Shown piece by piece: positions 39,996 to 49,453 of a stretch of DNA of 64,000 nucleotides. The position numbers were made by a program, and so were the translations under genes. The stretch is taken from positions 608,001 to 672,000 of the forward strand of contig CAVTHO010000008.1 of the NCBI GenBank assembly GCA_963734545.1, written 5' to 3'. How positions within the stretch are numbered: the first letter of the stretch is position 1; each line of letters begins with the position of its first letter. Below the pieces are notes generated by a model. That model did not search any database. It saw only the letters and a list, made by a program, of their open reading frames with translations, and was not told the DNA's origin. Source of the stretch: an uncultured Spirochaetota bacterium (GTDB taxonomy: Bacteria > Spirochaetota > Spirochaetia > SZUA-6 > Fen-1364).

Positions 39996-40837
39996 ACGGT
40001 GGAGGAGGGCTGCGATTCGTCTGCGGGCTGCGCGACCCGGCTTGCCGGCGAATAGATCTTTTCCACCACCCAGGCCACTGTGGCGCGGGGAAGAAGCCTG
40101 ACAAGAAAAACGACCGTCTTGTACATCAGACCGGGGATGGCCCTTCGCTTTGCTTTCTTGAACGAGGCCAGCGCCTTGCGCGCGGCCCGTGCCGGGTCCA
40201 TGTAGACCCGGTCTGCCGTGCCGATCTTCCTGTCAAGACCGGAATTGGTGATCATCTCCGTGGCCATGCCGCCGGGCACGAAGGTGCAGATGGCCACCCC
40301 TTTTCCCCGGTACTCGACGGCCAACCCCTCCATGAAAGCCTGCATGCCGTGCTTGGTCGCCGCATAAACGTTCTGATACGGCGTCGTGACGAACGCGGTC
40401 ACACTGGTGACCGTGAGAAGCGCGCCCCTTGCCCGATCGAGGAAATACTTCAGAAAGAGCATGCACGCCCTCATTTCGGAGAGGAAGTTCACCGCAATGA
40501 TCTGATCGTACTTCTCCGTCGGCATGTCGAGTGTCCTGCCGTAATAGGTGAGACCGGCGCAGTTCACCAGAGCGTACACCTCGCCGATGGCGGTGGCTTC
40601 CCGAAAGAGAGTCTGCGCCCCGCCCGGCGAGCCCAGGTCAACGGAAAGCACGTGCATGCGGGATGCGCCCTGCGCCTCGATTTCGGCCTTCAGCTCTTCA
40701 AGGCGGTCGCGTCTGCGCGCCGCCACCACCACATGCGCCTGTTCTTTCAATGCGAGAGTGCGCGCGATCTCCCGCCCAAGTCCGCTGGAGGCACCGGTCA
40801 CGACAACAAGCTTCCCGTTGAAATCGAGCGCCTTCAT
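39953..40837 (-). CDS. Short-chain dehydrogenase/reductase
   Basis: TGASSGLG, ARRRDRL, NCAG and YAATK. Confidence 0.92.
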   Translation of the reverse strand: MKALDFNGKLVVVTGASSGLGREIARTLALKEQAHVVVAARRRDRLEELKAEIEAQGASRMHVLSVDLGSPGGAQTLFREATAIGEVYALVNCAGLTYYGRTLDMPTEKYDQIIAVNFLSEMRACMLFLKYFLDRARGALLTVTSVTAFVTTPYQNVYAATKHGMQAFMEGLAVEYRGKGVAICTFVPGGMATEMITNSGLDRKIGTADRVYMDPARAARKALASFKKAKRRAIPGLMYKTVVFLVRLLPRATVAWVVEKIYSPASRVAQPADESQPSSTVAPKSTEYRGHGTP

Positions 40838-40892
40838 GGAGTGTCGGGAATAGTATACCGCAGAGAGGAAGCGCCGCAAAGCGCTCGCGGCG

Positions 40893-41474
40893 CTATCGCG
40901 GCTCCTGCTTCTGCGCCGTGAAGGATGTCGGCGGCTTTTCGCGGGCAGGGTCCTTGTTGTACTCCCGGGATTGTCCGGGCGGGATGCTCAGGTACTCCCA
41001 ACGCGCGCCGCGGATCGATTTCGCCAGAAAGACGATCTGACCCACGTGGTAGCTCGCGTGGCTGAGGGAGCGATGCAGCGCCTCGCACACGAAGAGCGGC
41101 TGACCCCGGATCGTCACTGTCCTGCCCAGGTCTTCGTCATGGAGAGTCTGGAGCGTATCTGAAAGGATCTGCCATCCCTCTTCCCATTTCCGCACGAGCT
41201 CCGCGCGCGTCACCCCCCGCCGCAGAAACTCCGACTCCCTGTCGCGCCAGGGCTTCTCCCCGTCGCTCGCGAGGAAATCGCTGAAACGGGAGGCGAGATT
41301 GCCTGAAATGTGCCACACCAGCGTGGTCACGGAGTTCCCTTCCCCCGGGGCTGCCTGGGTCAGCTCGGATTCACCGAGCTGACCGAAGGCGCGCTCACCC
41401 AGGGCCTTGTAGCGCTTGTATTCTCCTTCGATGGATGCCACCACCTGTCTCATGATTTCCTCCTTGACAGTCAT
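40893..41474 (-). CDS. DinB-superfamily protein (DUF1572-like)
   Basis: NS...LVWHISGN..SRF.DFL.SDGEKPWRDR and H.SYHVGQI. Confidence 0.85.
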   Translation of the reverse strand: MTVKEEIMRQVVASIEGEYKRYKALGERAFGQLGESELTQAAPGEGNSVTTLVWHISGNLASRFSDFLASDGEKPWRDRESEFLRRGVTRAELVRKWEEGWQILSDTLQTLHDEDLGRTVTIRGQPLFVCEALHRSLSHASYHVGQIVFLAKSIRGARWEYLSIPPGQSREYNKDPAREKPPTSFTAQKQEPR

Positions 41475-41689
41475 TCTATTAATGTATAAGCTTCTGCCTG
41501 GACTTCAAAAAGATGGCTTCGTGGAGTCCGATACGAAGAAAAAGAAGCCGAATCATTCGGACCTTTCCGTTTCTACCCCGAAGGAACATCCGACCGGACA
41601 GCGGTATCCACAAAAGATCCTGCCATGTTCTGCTCCTTAACCGGTATGAATCAAAGGGCGATGATGAAGAAAACTCCAAGGAGGAGAAC

Positions 41690-41986
41690 TTGAACAAGAA
41701 ATTGTACGTTGGCGGGCTGTCCTATTCGGTGACCGATGAGCAGCTTCAGCAGCTTTTTGCCGGTCATGGGACCGTGGAATCGGCGAAAGTGGTCACGGAC
41801 CGTGAAACCAGCCGCTCACGTGGTTTTGGATTCGTCGAAATGAGCACCCAGGAAGAGGCCGAGAAGGCCATCGCGGCGCTCAACGGCACGCAGCACGAGG
41901 GCAGGAGCCTGACGGTAAACATCTCCAAGCCCCGCGAAGATCGTCCCGCCAGGAGCGGCGGGGGCGGGTACCGCGACCGCTACTAG
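41690..41986 (+). CDS. RRM (RNP-1) RNA-binding protein
   Basis: KLYVGGL, RGFGFVEM and Gly-rich tail. TTG start after AAGGAGGAG. Confidence 0.92.
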   Translation: MNKKLYVGGLSYSVTDEQLQQLFAGHGTVESAKVVTDRETSRSRGFGFVEMSTQEEAEKAIAALNGTQHEGRSLTVNISKPREDRPARSGGGGYRDRY

Positions 41987-42008
41987 AAAATACTGAGACA
42001 GTAGAATC

Positions 42009-42038
42009 AGGGGGGGCAGGTCGGCCCCCCCTTTTTTT
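42009..42038 (+). terminator. Rho-independent terminator
   Basis: AGGGGGGGC-AGGTCG-GCCCCCCCT followed by a T-run. Confidence 0.85.
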
Positions 42039-42097
42039 GTCCTTTCTCCTTCCCCCCGTCTTGGGTCAGCAGGTCTCCCGGTGATATATTATCCGGG

Positions 42098-43258
42098 ATG
42101 TCCCGCATTTCCTGGGGTCTCAGGATTGCCGTTCTCATGCTCTGTCTTTTTCAGGCCTCGTTTTCACCGGCGGAGACGCGCCCCGACCCCCGACTCGCCG
42201 CTCCTGCGGGGTCGGATGTCGATTTCCTCGCCGCTTTTTCCCAAGCCTCCGCAGACTGGGGCAATGGCATCGAGGCAATCATGGAGGACGCGTATCGAAA
42301 ATGCTTTCGCACCTATATCATTGCCGGAAAAGTGATGACGCTCCACCTCCCCTTTGCTGAAAACAATGAGCGCTCGGAGCTGGTCGGATCCGAGCTGGCC
42401 GTCCGGGGGGGCGGCAAGGCAGATCCCCTGGCACTCTGGGACCAGATCGACGAGCTCATCGCCTCCTCGGACTTCGCCGCCTACGTGGCCGCGCTGACGG
42501 ACGAGCACGAAAAGATCGTCATTTTCGATCTCACGGCGCGCAGCTGGACCACGAGCCGGGACTGGTTCGACCTGTCCCAGATGAAGGCGGGCGCGTATCA
42601 GGGGCTCCCCCATCAGCCCTATGTCCTGTCGCGGGGAAAGGGAATCACGCCTCCCGACATCTACAACTACCTCTACAGCGTGGGCCGGCTGGGCATGGAC
42701 TGTTCCGGTTTCGTGTGGTACGTGCTGAAGACGGTTGCCCGGACCGGAGGTCTCGACCTCGACCGCGCGCTCAGCCGTTACCTTGGCGCATCCAGGCCTG
42801 CCATCGCCTCCCTGTACGTCGGCACCTGGTTTTTCGATCCCCGCAACCGGAATCTCGAGGTGGTCAAGGATGAGGTGCGCAACCTCAGGCCGTGCGACGT
42901 GATCATGTTCAGGGGCGAGGATGGGATTACGAGTCATTCCGCGGTCATTCAGTCCATCGACCTGACCTCCGGCACGATCCGTTACCTGCAGTCCACGGAT
43001 GTCGCGGAGCAGAATGACCGGGGGGTGCACGAGTCGTTCATCAACTTCGATCCACGCAGACCCGAAACGAGCCTGAAGGATCCGACGCTCGTGTGGCACC
43101 AGAGACGGTCCGCCCCGTTTGCCGGGGAGACGGGCGTCGAGTTCTGGGACGACGGCCAGCGCTATCGCGCATACCCCCAGTTCGGGGGAGGCGCCGTCGT
43201 CCGGCTCAAGGTGATGGAAAAGCTGTTCTCGCGCCAGCTCAGTCCGGGTCGGAAATAG
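42098..43258 (+). CDS. Exported NlpC/P60-like putative peptidoglycan endopeptidase
   Basis: Signal peptide, GMDCSGFV, LRPCDVIMF and SHSAVI (Cys-His dyad). Confidence 0.7.
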   Translation: MSRISWGLRIAVLMLCLFQASFSPAETRPDPRLAAPAGSDVDFLAAFSQASADWGNGIEAIMEDAYRKCFRTYIIAGKVMTLHLPFAENNERSELVGSELAVRGGGKADPLALWDQIDELIASSDFAAYVAALTDEHEKIVIFDLTARSWTTSRDWFDLSQMKAGAYQGLPHQPYVLSRGKGITPPDIYNYLYSVGRLGMDCSGFVWYVLKTVARTGGLDLDRALSRYLGASRPAIASLYVGTWFFDPRNRNLEVVKDEVRNLRPCDVIMFRGEDGITSHSAVIQSIDLTSGTIRYLQSTDVAEQNDRGVHESFINFDPRRPETSLKDPTLVWHQRRSAPFAGETGVEFWDDGQRYRAYPQFGGGAVVRLKVMEKLFSRQLSPGRK

Positions 43259-45914
43259 AAGGCCGGGCAGGGTGGGAGAGGTGCTCGCGGCAGCGCTCGA
43301 TGTAGAGAGCCACGGGCGCATCCGTCGGCAGCAGGACAAGGACCCGGGAGAACAGGGCCTCGGCCTCTTTCCATTCTTTCCGCTCAAAGAGCGCAAGAGC
43401 CTCGTTGAAGCTTTCGATGGCCTGGAGGGTCGTGCCGTCAACCACGCCCTTTTCCGCGACCAGCTCGAAGGCGCGGAACTTCGCGTCCGTGCCGGCGAAG
43501 CGCACACGGTCGAGGCTCCGCACGAGGAAGTCCCCTCCTGCCGCATCCCGTACCGGTTCCGAAATGAGGATCGTGGTGCCGAATCGTGAGTTCAGGGCTT
43601 CCAGCCGGGCCGCGAGGTCGTTTGCCGGCCCCACGACTGCGTAGCCGGGCATGCCCTGGGAGCCGAGCGCGCCGACAATGCACTCTCCGGTTTCGATTCC
43701 GATCCGGCCGACGAACGGCGGCGCAGCGGCGATGTTCAGTTCCTTTTCGACTGCCTTCATCCTGAGCGCGGCCAGGCACGCCCGGCGCGCGTGATCGGCG
43801 GACGTGAGCGGCGCGCCGAAATACGCCGTGAACGCGTCTCCCCCCACCCTGCCGAGCATTCCCTCCAGGCCGAGAATCACTTCGTGCATGCCCGCGTGAT
43901 AGGCATTGAGCAGGCCCAGATGATCTCCGGGGTCGGGAAGCGCATCCGGAAGCGGTCTCTTTACCGCAACAGACATGACCGTCACGTTTCTCCTCTCCCC
44001 CGCGGACGCGCGATCACGGGGAGACACAAGAAGCCTCTGCACGCTCTCCCGGGACAACCTGCCGGAAAACGCATTCCGTACGGCACGCGCTTCCCTGCGG
44101 ACTACCGAGACCTTGAGCGCGGCCAGCAGGGCGCAGGTGAAGAGGACGTCCGCGGCAGGCAGGAGAGGATTCATGAAAACACCGAACAGCAAGAAGACCG
44201 CCGAGGGAACAACGACAGCCCCGCCCCCAAGGACGAGCCCGCTGAGCACGGCCGGCATCGGACGCATCCGGTAGACGGCGGCAGCGGCGAGGATCGACAG
44301 CAGGGCTGCCAGGCCGAGGGGGTAGCGGGAGGGAACCTCGCGAGGGAAGCGCCCGGAAAGGGCCGTGCTCACCAGGGCCGCGGAGGCGCCGGCGTCCGTG
44401 GCGGCGGCGCCAAACGGAGTCCTCCCGGCCCTCAGGGCCTGCCGCGGGCTCGAAAGTGAAACTATACAGAACGATCCCTGCAGCGCTGCTTCAAGGGAGG
44501 CGCGCGTCTGCTGCAGCTCGGCAAAGGTTCGCCGCGCCGCCGCGAAAGCGTCGGGGACCCTGCCGCGTTCGTCCTGGATCCCCTTCCTTTCAGCCTCGGT
44601 GAGCGACTCCGATCGAACAACCCTGTCCGCATCCGCGATGATCCTCGCCTCCGCGTCCCCGCCCAGAAACTGGTCGGCCAGGGTGAAGAACCGCGCGCGC
44701 GCGTTCCGCCACGCCCCCGCATTTCCGGGGTCGCCCGCTGCCAGCATCTCGTTCTTGAGCCGGGAGCCGTATTCGTACGCATCGAGCAGACCGGTCTCGC
44801 TGCGAAGGTAGGAGAGATAGCCGTGGCCGTCCATCTCCCTGAGAGAGCTGATCAGCGAGTCCTCGAGCCGCTCGGAGCGGAAGATCGCGGCCCAGGAGAG
44901 GTGGCGGAAGCCGTCGCCGATTCTGGAACGGGGCCATTCGAGCAGTGCCTGGCCCGCCTCCGTCAACGGGATCGTGAGCGTGCGCGCGGCACTTCCGCGG
45001 CGCGCCTCGATGCGGAGCACGATGTTTCTCGTCCCCAACTCCACGCCGGGATTGCCCAGCAGATCGAGCAGGGCGGTGAACGTGATCTGGCCGAAATGCG
45101 CTCCGTCGTATTCCCCCATGAGAGTGGCGCGACGGCGCACACCGTCCGAGTCGGGAAGAAGGTCCGCGAACCCTCCTCCCCGCGCTCCGCGGAGAACAGG
45201 CAGAACGGCGGGACTTATGCCGGGTATGCGCATCGAGGGGTCCGCGCCCGGCACACGCACCGGAAGTGCAAGGGCCTTCGACGCCTCATCGGCCAGATTC
45301 ATGTCCGCCGCGGAGTCGGGTGCGGACAGGATCTCCAGGGGGACGAATGTCCGGCCGAAGAACTTCGCCGCCTGGCCGAGAAGCGTGTCGTCGTCCCGCT
45401 CTATTCCCATGGCCGCTTCGCGGAGACGGATCTTCGCCAGGGCCACCAATCCGATGAGGTCGGAGACGTAGCGCGGCGAGTCCTGGGGACGGACAGAGCC
45501 GCGCCGGATCGCCTCGAAAAGGGACTGGATATTCTCTTCCATTTGAAGAAACTCCCGGTCCAGGGCAGCCGGAAGCGCCTGGCGCAGCGCGGAGGGATCG
45601 AGCCCGGGCGCGCTCTTCTGCCCAAGCGGCAGGTCGAGCACGGCGTAGGAGGCGTTCATCTCCTTCAGTACGACCAGACCGTCGGCGAGCACATCCCGGC
45701 TCCAGGGCCAGGGACCCGCGGCCGCCGTTGCCTCGGGGTCCACGTCGATCAGCAGGACAACGGGCGCCGCGGGCGCGGAAGGCCTCACCCGCAGGAGCGT
45801 GTCGTACATCCAGCCGCCCGCGTAGGAAAAAATCCCGGCCAGACCGAGAAGGACGCAGACGACGAAGATGACCGGAGGGACGAGGAGGGAGTGGAACAGG
45901 CGCGTTCTGCGCAT
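43239..45914 (-). CDS. CHASE2-domain adenylate/guanylate cyclase-like protein (degenerate active site) with TPR-like end
   Basis: GPWPWSR and PDSDGVRR (CHASE2), three TMs, GDAFTAYFGAP, RIGIETG and LAARLEALN. Confidence 0.85.
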   Translation of the reverse strand: MRRTRLFHSLLVPPVIFVVCVLLGLAGIFSYAGGWMYDTLLRVRPSAPAAPVVLLIDVDPEATAAAGPWPWSRDVLADGLVVLKEMNASYAVLDLPLGQKSAPGLDPSALRQALPAALDREFLQMEENIQSLFEAIRRGSVRPQDSPRYVSDLIGLVALAKIRLREAAMGIERDDDTLLGQAAKFFGRTFVPLEILSAPDSAADMNLADEASKALALPVRVPGADPSMRIPGISPAVLPVLRGARGGGFADLLPDSDGVRRRATLMGEYDGAHFGQITFTALLDLLGNPGVELGTRNIVLRIEARRGSAARTLTIPLTEAGQALLEWPRSRIGDGFRHLSWAAIFRSERLEDSLISSLREMDGHGYLSYLRSETGLLDAYEYGSRLKNEMLAAGDPGNAGAWRNARARFFTLADQFLGGDAEARIIADADRVVRSESLTEAERKGIQDERGRVPDAFAAARRTFAELQQTRASLEAALQGSFCIVSLSSPRQALRAGRTPFGAAATDAGASAALVSTALSGRFPREVPSRYPLGLAALLSILAAAAVYRMRPMPAVLSGLVLGGGAVVVPSAVFLLFGVFMNPLLPAADVLFTCALLAALKVSVVRREARAVRNAFSGRLSRESVQRLLVSPRDRASAGERRNVTVMSVAVKRPLPDALPDPGDHLGLLNAYHAGMHEVILGLEGMLGRVGGDAFTAYFGAPLTSADHARRACLAALRMKAVEKELNIAAAPPFVGRIGIETGECIVGALGSQGMPGYAVVGPANDLAARLEALNSRFGTTILISEPVRDAAGGDFLVRSLDRVRFAGTDAKFRAFELVAEKGVVDGTTLQAIESFNEALALFERKEWKEAEALFSRVLVLLPTDAPVALYIERCREHLSHPARPSISDPD

Positions 45915-45936
45915 GGGGTGAGGATACACGAAACTT

Positions 45937-46097
45937 GGATTGCGCGTCGCGGTACTCCGCGGATTCTGCGTCGCGGTACTCCGCGGATTCTGCGTCGCGG
46001 TACTCCGCGGATTTGGCGTCGCGGTGCGGAGTACCGCTCTGGCCGCTTGGAGCGGACTTCGTCCGCTGTGAGCGTCCAGTACTCCGCGGATTGCGCG
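45937..46097. repeat. Tandem array of the 24-bp palindromic mini-repeat between divergent genes
   Basis: GCGTCGCGGTACTCCGCGGATTCT units at 45944, 45968 and 45992. Inverted unit at 46026, TTCG hairpin at 46051 and half unit at 46079. Confidence 0.92.
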
Positions 46098-46222
46098 CCA
46101 GGGGCCGTTCGTATATGCTGGCTTTTCATCATGTCCGCCATCAACCAGGCCGTCCCGGGAGCTGCCCAGCAGGTACTCGACCCGGCGCTCCTTGATCCAC
46201 AGCGGTCTGAGGCCGCGGCGCA

Positions 46223-47507
46223 GTGAATACGCGCAGAAATCACATCGGAACCATATCGCTCCTGGCAGCTCTGACAGGTTTTCTCTTCGTCATGTTCCAG
46301 CCCTGGATTCCCCTCGACAGGATCATTCTCTACAACACCCTGTCTCTCAAGGGCCTGCTGGCGGCATTCTTCGACGCATCCCTCGTGGGCGCCCTGGCCG
46401 ACTGGTTCGCGGTGACCGCGCTGTTCAGGAACCCCCTGGGTGTCAAGCTGCGCCATACCGACATCATCGCAAAAAACAAGGACAACATCGCGGAGGCGGT
46501 GCCCCGGTTCCTGACGAGCTTCGTGAGCGAGGAAAGGATTGCGACCACCCTTGCGAACGTGGATTTCGGAGGCAAGGTCCAGAAACTGATCGGTGAAGGC
46601 GGCTCCCGGGAGGAGATCCACGACTTCCTGCGCACGCGCCTGTCCTCACTGCTCGGCGGCTACAAGGAAGGCTCCGGCGCGGAAGGCCTCAGAATATTCA
46701 TCAGGGAAATACTCGCATTCGTCGGAAACAGGCTCGACACGGCCACCGCATTCGCGTCACTCCTCGAGGTGGGCACGGCGGGAGCGCTTTGATGAGCGGA
46801 TCATCGAAAGCGCCGCGGAGCTGCTGCGAAACGAGATAGGAAAGAATATCGCGCGTCTCGCCGCTGCCCTGACGCCCATCATCAAGCGGAACGCGGGCTG
46901 GCAGGGCATCTTCGTCGGCCAGGGCACCGTCGAGCGGCTTCTCGCGGGGGTGCAGAATGAGCTGGCGCAGATACGATCCAACCGGAACCACGAGCTGCGC
47001 CGTTTCCTGGACACCGCGCTCGACGGGTACGCTGCCCGGCTTGCCGGCGCGGCACCGGATCCGGGCGGCGACCGCGGGCGTTTTCGCGCCTGGGTCCGTG
47101 ACGTGATCGACGACGAGAAATTTCAGGCCAGCAGCGTGCAATTTGCGGCAAACCTGATTGCGCGGCTCGATGTCGACATTGCCCGGCCGCAAAGCCGTTT
47201 CATCGAAGTCCTCGAAAGGATCGAGCGCGCCCTGGAAGACAGGCTCGGCGGCAATACCGAGTTCAGACTGGGCTTCAACCGCGGCATCGCAAACCTCATC
47301 TCGGGAGCAATCGTCAAGAGCCGCCTGATCGAGAGCACGACGGGGTACCTCGCCACCCTGCTCAAGAGCACGGATGAACGGGAGTTCGTACGCCGCATTG
47401 AAGATGCGGTCGGCAATGACCTCCAATACATCAGACTCAACGGTGCCGTGGTCGGCGGCTGCGTCGGCCTGCTCCTGTCACTTCTCGCCGCCCTGGTGCG
47501 GGGTTAA
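46223..47507 (+). CDS. DUF445-family membrane protein, frameshift near 46770
   Basis: VGALADWFAVTALFR.PLG....HT.II and VGNDLQYIRLNGAVVGG. Confidence 0.9.
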
Positions 47508-47569
47508 GGGCGCCGCCTGTTCGGCGGATTTCGCGCCGCTTATTCTGTTTCGGCAGATTTCGCGCCGTT
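47508..47569 (-). repeat. Two degenerate mini-repeat units overlapping the GH127 3' end
   Basis: TCGGC(G/A)GATTTCGCGCCG twice. TCGGCGGATTTCGC matches the reverse complement of the AraC unit. Confidence 0.6.
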
Positions 47570-49453
47570 CCGCAGCCAGACACGCATCGGGCCCGGCCCC
47601 CGATTTGCCCACGCGAAATAGGGAATCGCCGTCATGCCTTCCGCGCGAAGCGCAACGATTCCGCCCAGAAGCGCGGGCTCCGGGCGCGCGGTGAACCGGG
47701 CCTCCGGGCCGAGCGACAGCGCATCGAGTGGTCGATCGGCGTCCCGCTGCTCGACACAGTAGACAATCGGTCCCCGCTGAAGGGCGGCCTTGCCGCGGTT
47801 GTCGATGACACGGGAGTCGCAGAGCACTTTTCGAACAGGCATCGGCAGGTCAAGCTCGACAGTATCTCCTTCCTCCCACTCGCGATCGAGGACAGCGTAG
47901 CCCTTGTCCGTCTCGAAGCTCACCGTTCTTCCGTTCAGGCGCAGCGTGGGCGCTTCCGGATGCGGCCGTTCATAGCGGTAGAGGCTTCCCCCCATGATCC
48001 GCTCTCGAGCCCAGCCGGGGAGCCGAATCCGCAGCTCCATGCGTGTCCTCTGCTCGGGGCTGATCCGCAGGCGGATCTGCCCGGCCCACGGGTAGTCCGT
48101 CTCCTGCACCACGTCGAATCGGACGCCGCCGACCTGGACCTCCGCGCGGCCGGCAATGAAAAGGTTGACGTAGAGCGTCGTGTCCGCCGTTGCATGGACA
48201 TACCCCGGCAGGGACGGGAAGAAGCGGCACAGGTTCGTCGGGCAGCATGACACGTCGAACCACGCCTGCCGCCCGGCGCTGCCGTGATTGAAGAGGAACT
48301 TTCCGTCGGACTCGAGGGGGTTTACGTAGAAGAACTCGTCTCCGCGGAGGGAAACCCCGGAAAGGAGGTTGTTGTACAGCGTCTGCTCCAGCACGTCGAC
48401 GTATTTCGCCTCACCGGTGAGCAGGAAGAGGCGGTGGTTCCACATGACCGAGCCGATGGACGCGCAGGTCTCCATGTACGCGGTCTCGTTGGGAAGCTCC
48501 CATGCGTCCCCGAAGGCCTCACCAGTGTGCCGTGCGCCGATGCCGCCGGTCAGGTAGATCTTGGACTCCACCACGTCCCGCCAGATCGCCTCTATTGCCT
48601 CGGCGTATGCCGCGTCCGGCAGCAGCGCCGCCACGTCCGCCATGCCGCAGTACATGTAGGCCGCGCGTACCGCGTGTCCGACAGCCTCCCTCTGTTCGCG
48701 CACGGGCGCGTGATCCTGGCAGTAGCCGGGGTTGTCCGCGTAGGCATAGAGGGGCCGTGTATCATGCCGGCCCCTTTCTTCCAGGAAGCGCCGCGCGGCC
48801 TCAAGGTAGCCGCCGTCCATGGTGATGCGGTACAGCCGGGCAAGACCCATCTCGACGATCTGGTGGCCGTCCATGTCCCGACGGCCTTCAAGGCCGAACA
48901 CGGACCTGATCAGGGCGGCGCTCCGCAGGGCAATGTCCAGCAGAGACCTTTTTCCCGTGGAGAGGAAGTGAGCGCTGGCAGCCTCGTAGAGGTGGCCGCA
49001 ATTGTACAGCTCATGGCTCATCACGAGGTTCGACCAGCGCGATGGTCCGGCAAAGGGAAGAACGTGCGCTGGGTCAACCGTGCGGTTGGTGTAAAGGTAG
49101 CCGTCCGGCTCCTGTGCCGCCCCGATGATGGCGATCAACCTGTCCAGGAAATGATCCAGCTCCGGGTCGGGATGCTGGGCAAGGGAGTAGGAGGCGCCCT
49201 CGACGGCCTTGTACACTTCCGTGTCCTCGAAAGGCATCTGTCCCACGTAGGGCCCCGGCAGGCTTCCCGCGGCCCTGCGGAAGTTGTCCACGCGCCCGGA
49301 TTCTTCGCACTTGCGAAAGATCGCCGGTATGGAAATGGTCCTGTTGATTTCCAGGCGCGGGAGCCAGAAACTGTCCTCCAGGGACACTGAGCCGGAGGGC
49401 GTGGGGGTAATGGGGTAATCGGTCACGGTATGCATCCTTTCAGTCACGCTCAT
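47540..49453 (-). CDS. Second GH127 beta-L-arabinofuranosidase-like glycosidase
   Basis: HELYNCGH, GHQIVEMGL, GHAVRA, YMETCA and SCCPTN. Confidence 0.92.
   Translation of the reverse strand: MSVTERMHTVTDYPITPTPSGSVSLEDSFWLPRLEINRTISIPAIFRKCEESGRVDNFRRAAGSLPGPYVGQMPFEDTEVYKAVEGASYSLAQHPDPELDHFLDRLIAIIGAAQEPDGYLYTNRTVDPAHVLPFAGPSRWSNLVMSHELYNCGHLYEAASAHFLSTGKRSLLDIALRSAALIRSVFGLEGRRDMDGHQIVEMGLARLYRITMDGGYLEAARRFLEERGRHDTRPLYAYADNPGYCQDHAPVREQREAVGHAVRAAYMYCGMADVAALLPDAAYAEAIEAIWRDVVESKIYLTGGIGARHTGEAFGDAWELPNETAYMETCASIGSVMWNHRLFLLTGEAKYVDVLEQTLYNNLLSGVSLRGDEFFYVNPLESDGKFLFNHGSAGRQAWFDVSCCPTNLCRFFPSLPGYVHATADTTLYVNLFIAGRAEVQVGGVRFDVVQETDYPWAGQIRLRISPEQRTRMELRIRLPGWARERIMGGSLYRYERPHPEAPTLRLNGRTVSFETDKGYAVLDREWEEGDTVELDLPMPVRKVLCDSRVIDNRGKAALQRGPIVYCVEQRDADRPLDALSLGPEARFTARPEPALLGGIVALRAEGMTAIPYFAWANRGPGPMRVWLRNGAKSAETE

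Noticed and set aside
41475-41689. ncRNA or riboswitch upstream of the RRM gene
   Set aside because: It is an AT-richer divergent promoter/UTR region with no recognisable aptamer. An Rfam search would be needed.
45937-46097. CRISPR array (also considered for 37851 and 39889)
   Set aside because: Units are directly tandem with no unique spacers, and no cas genes are in the window.
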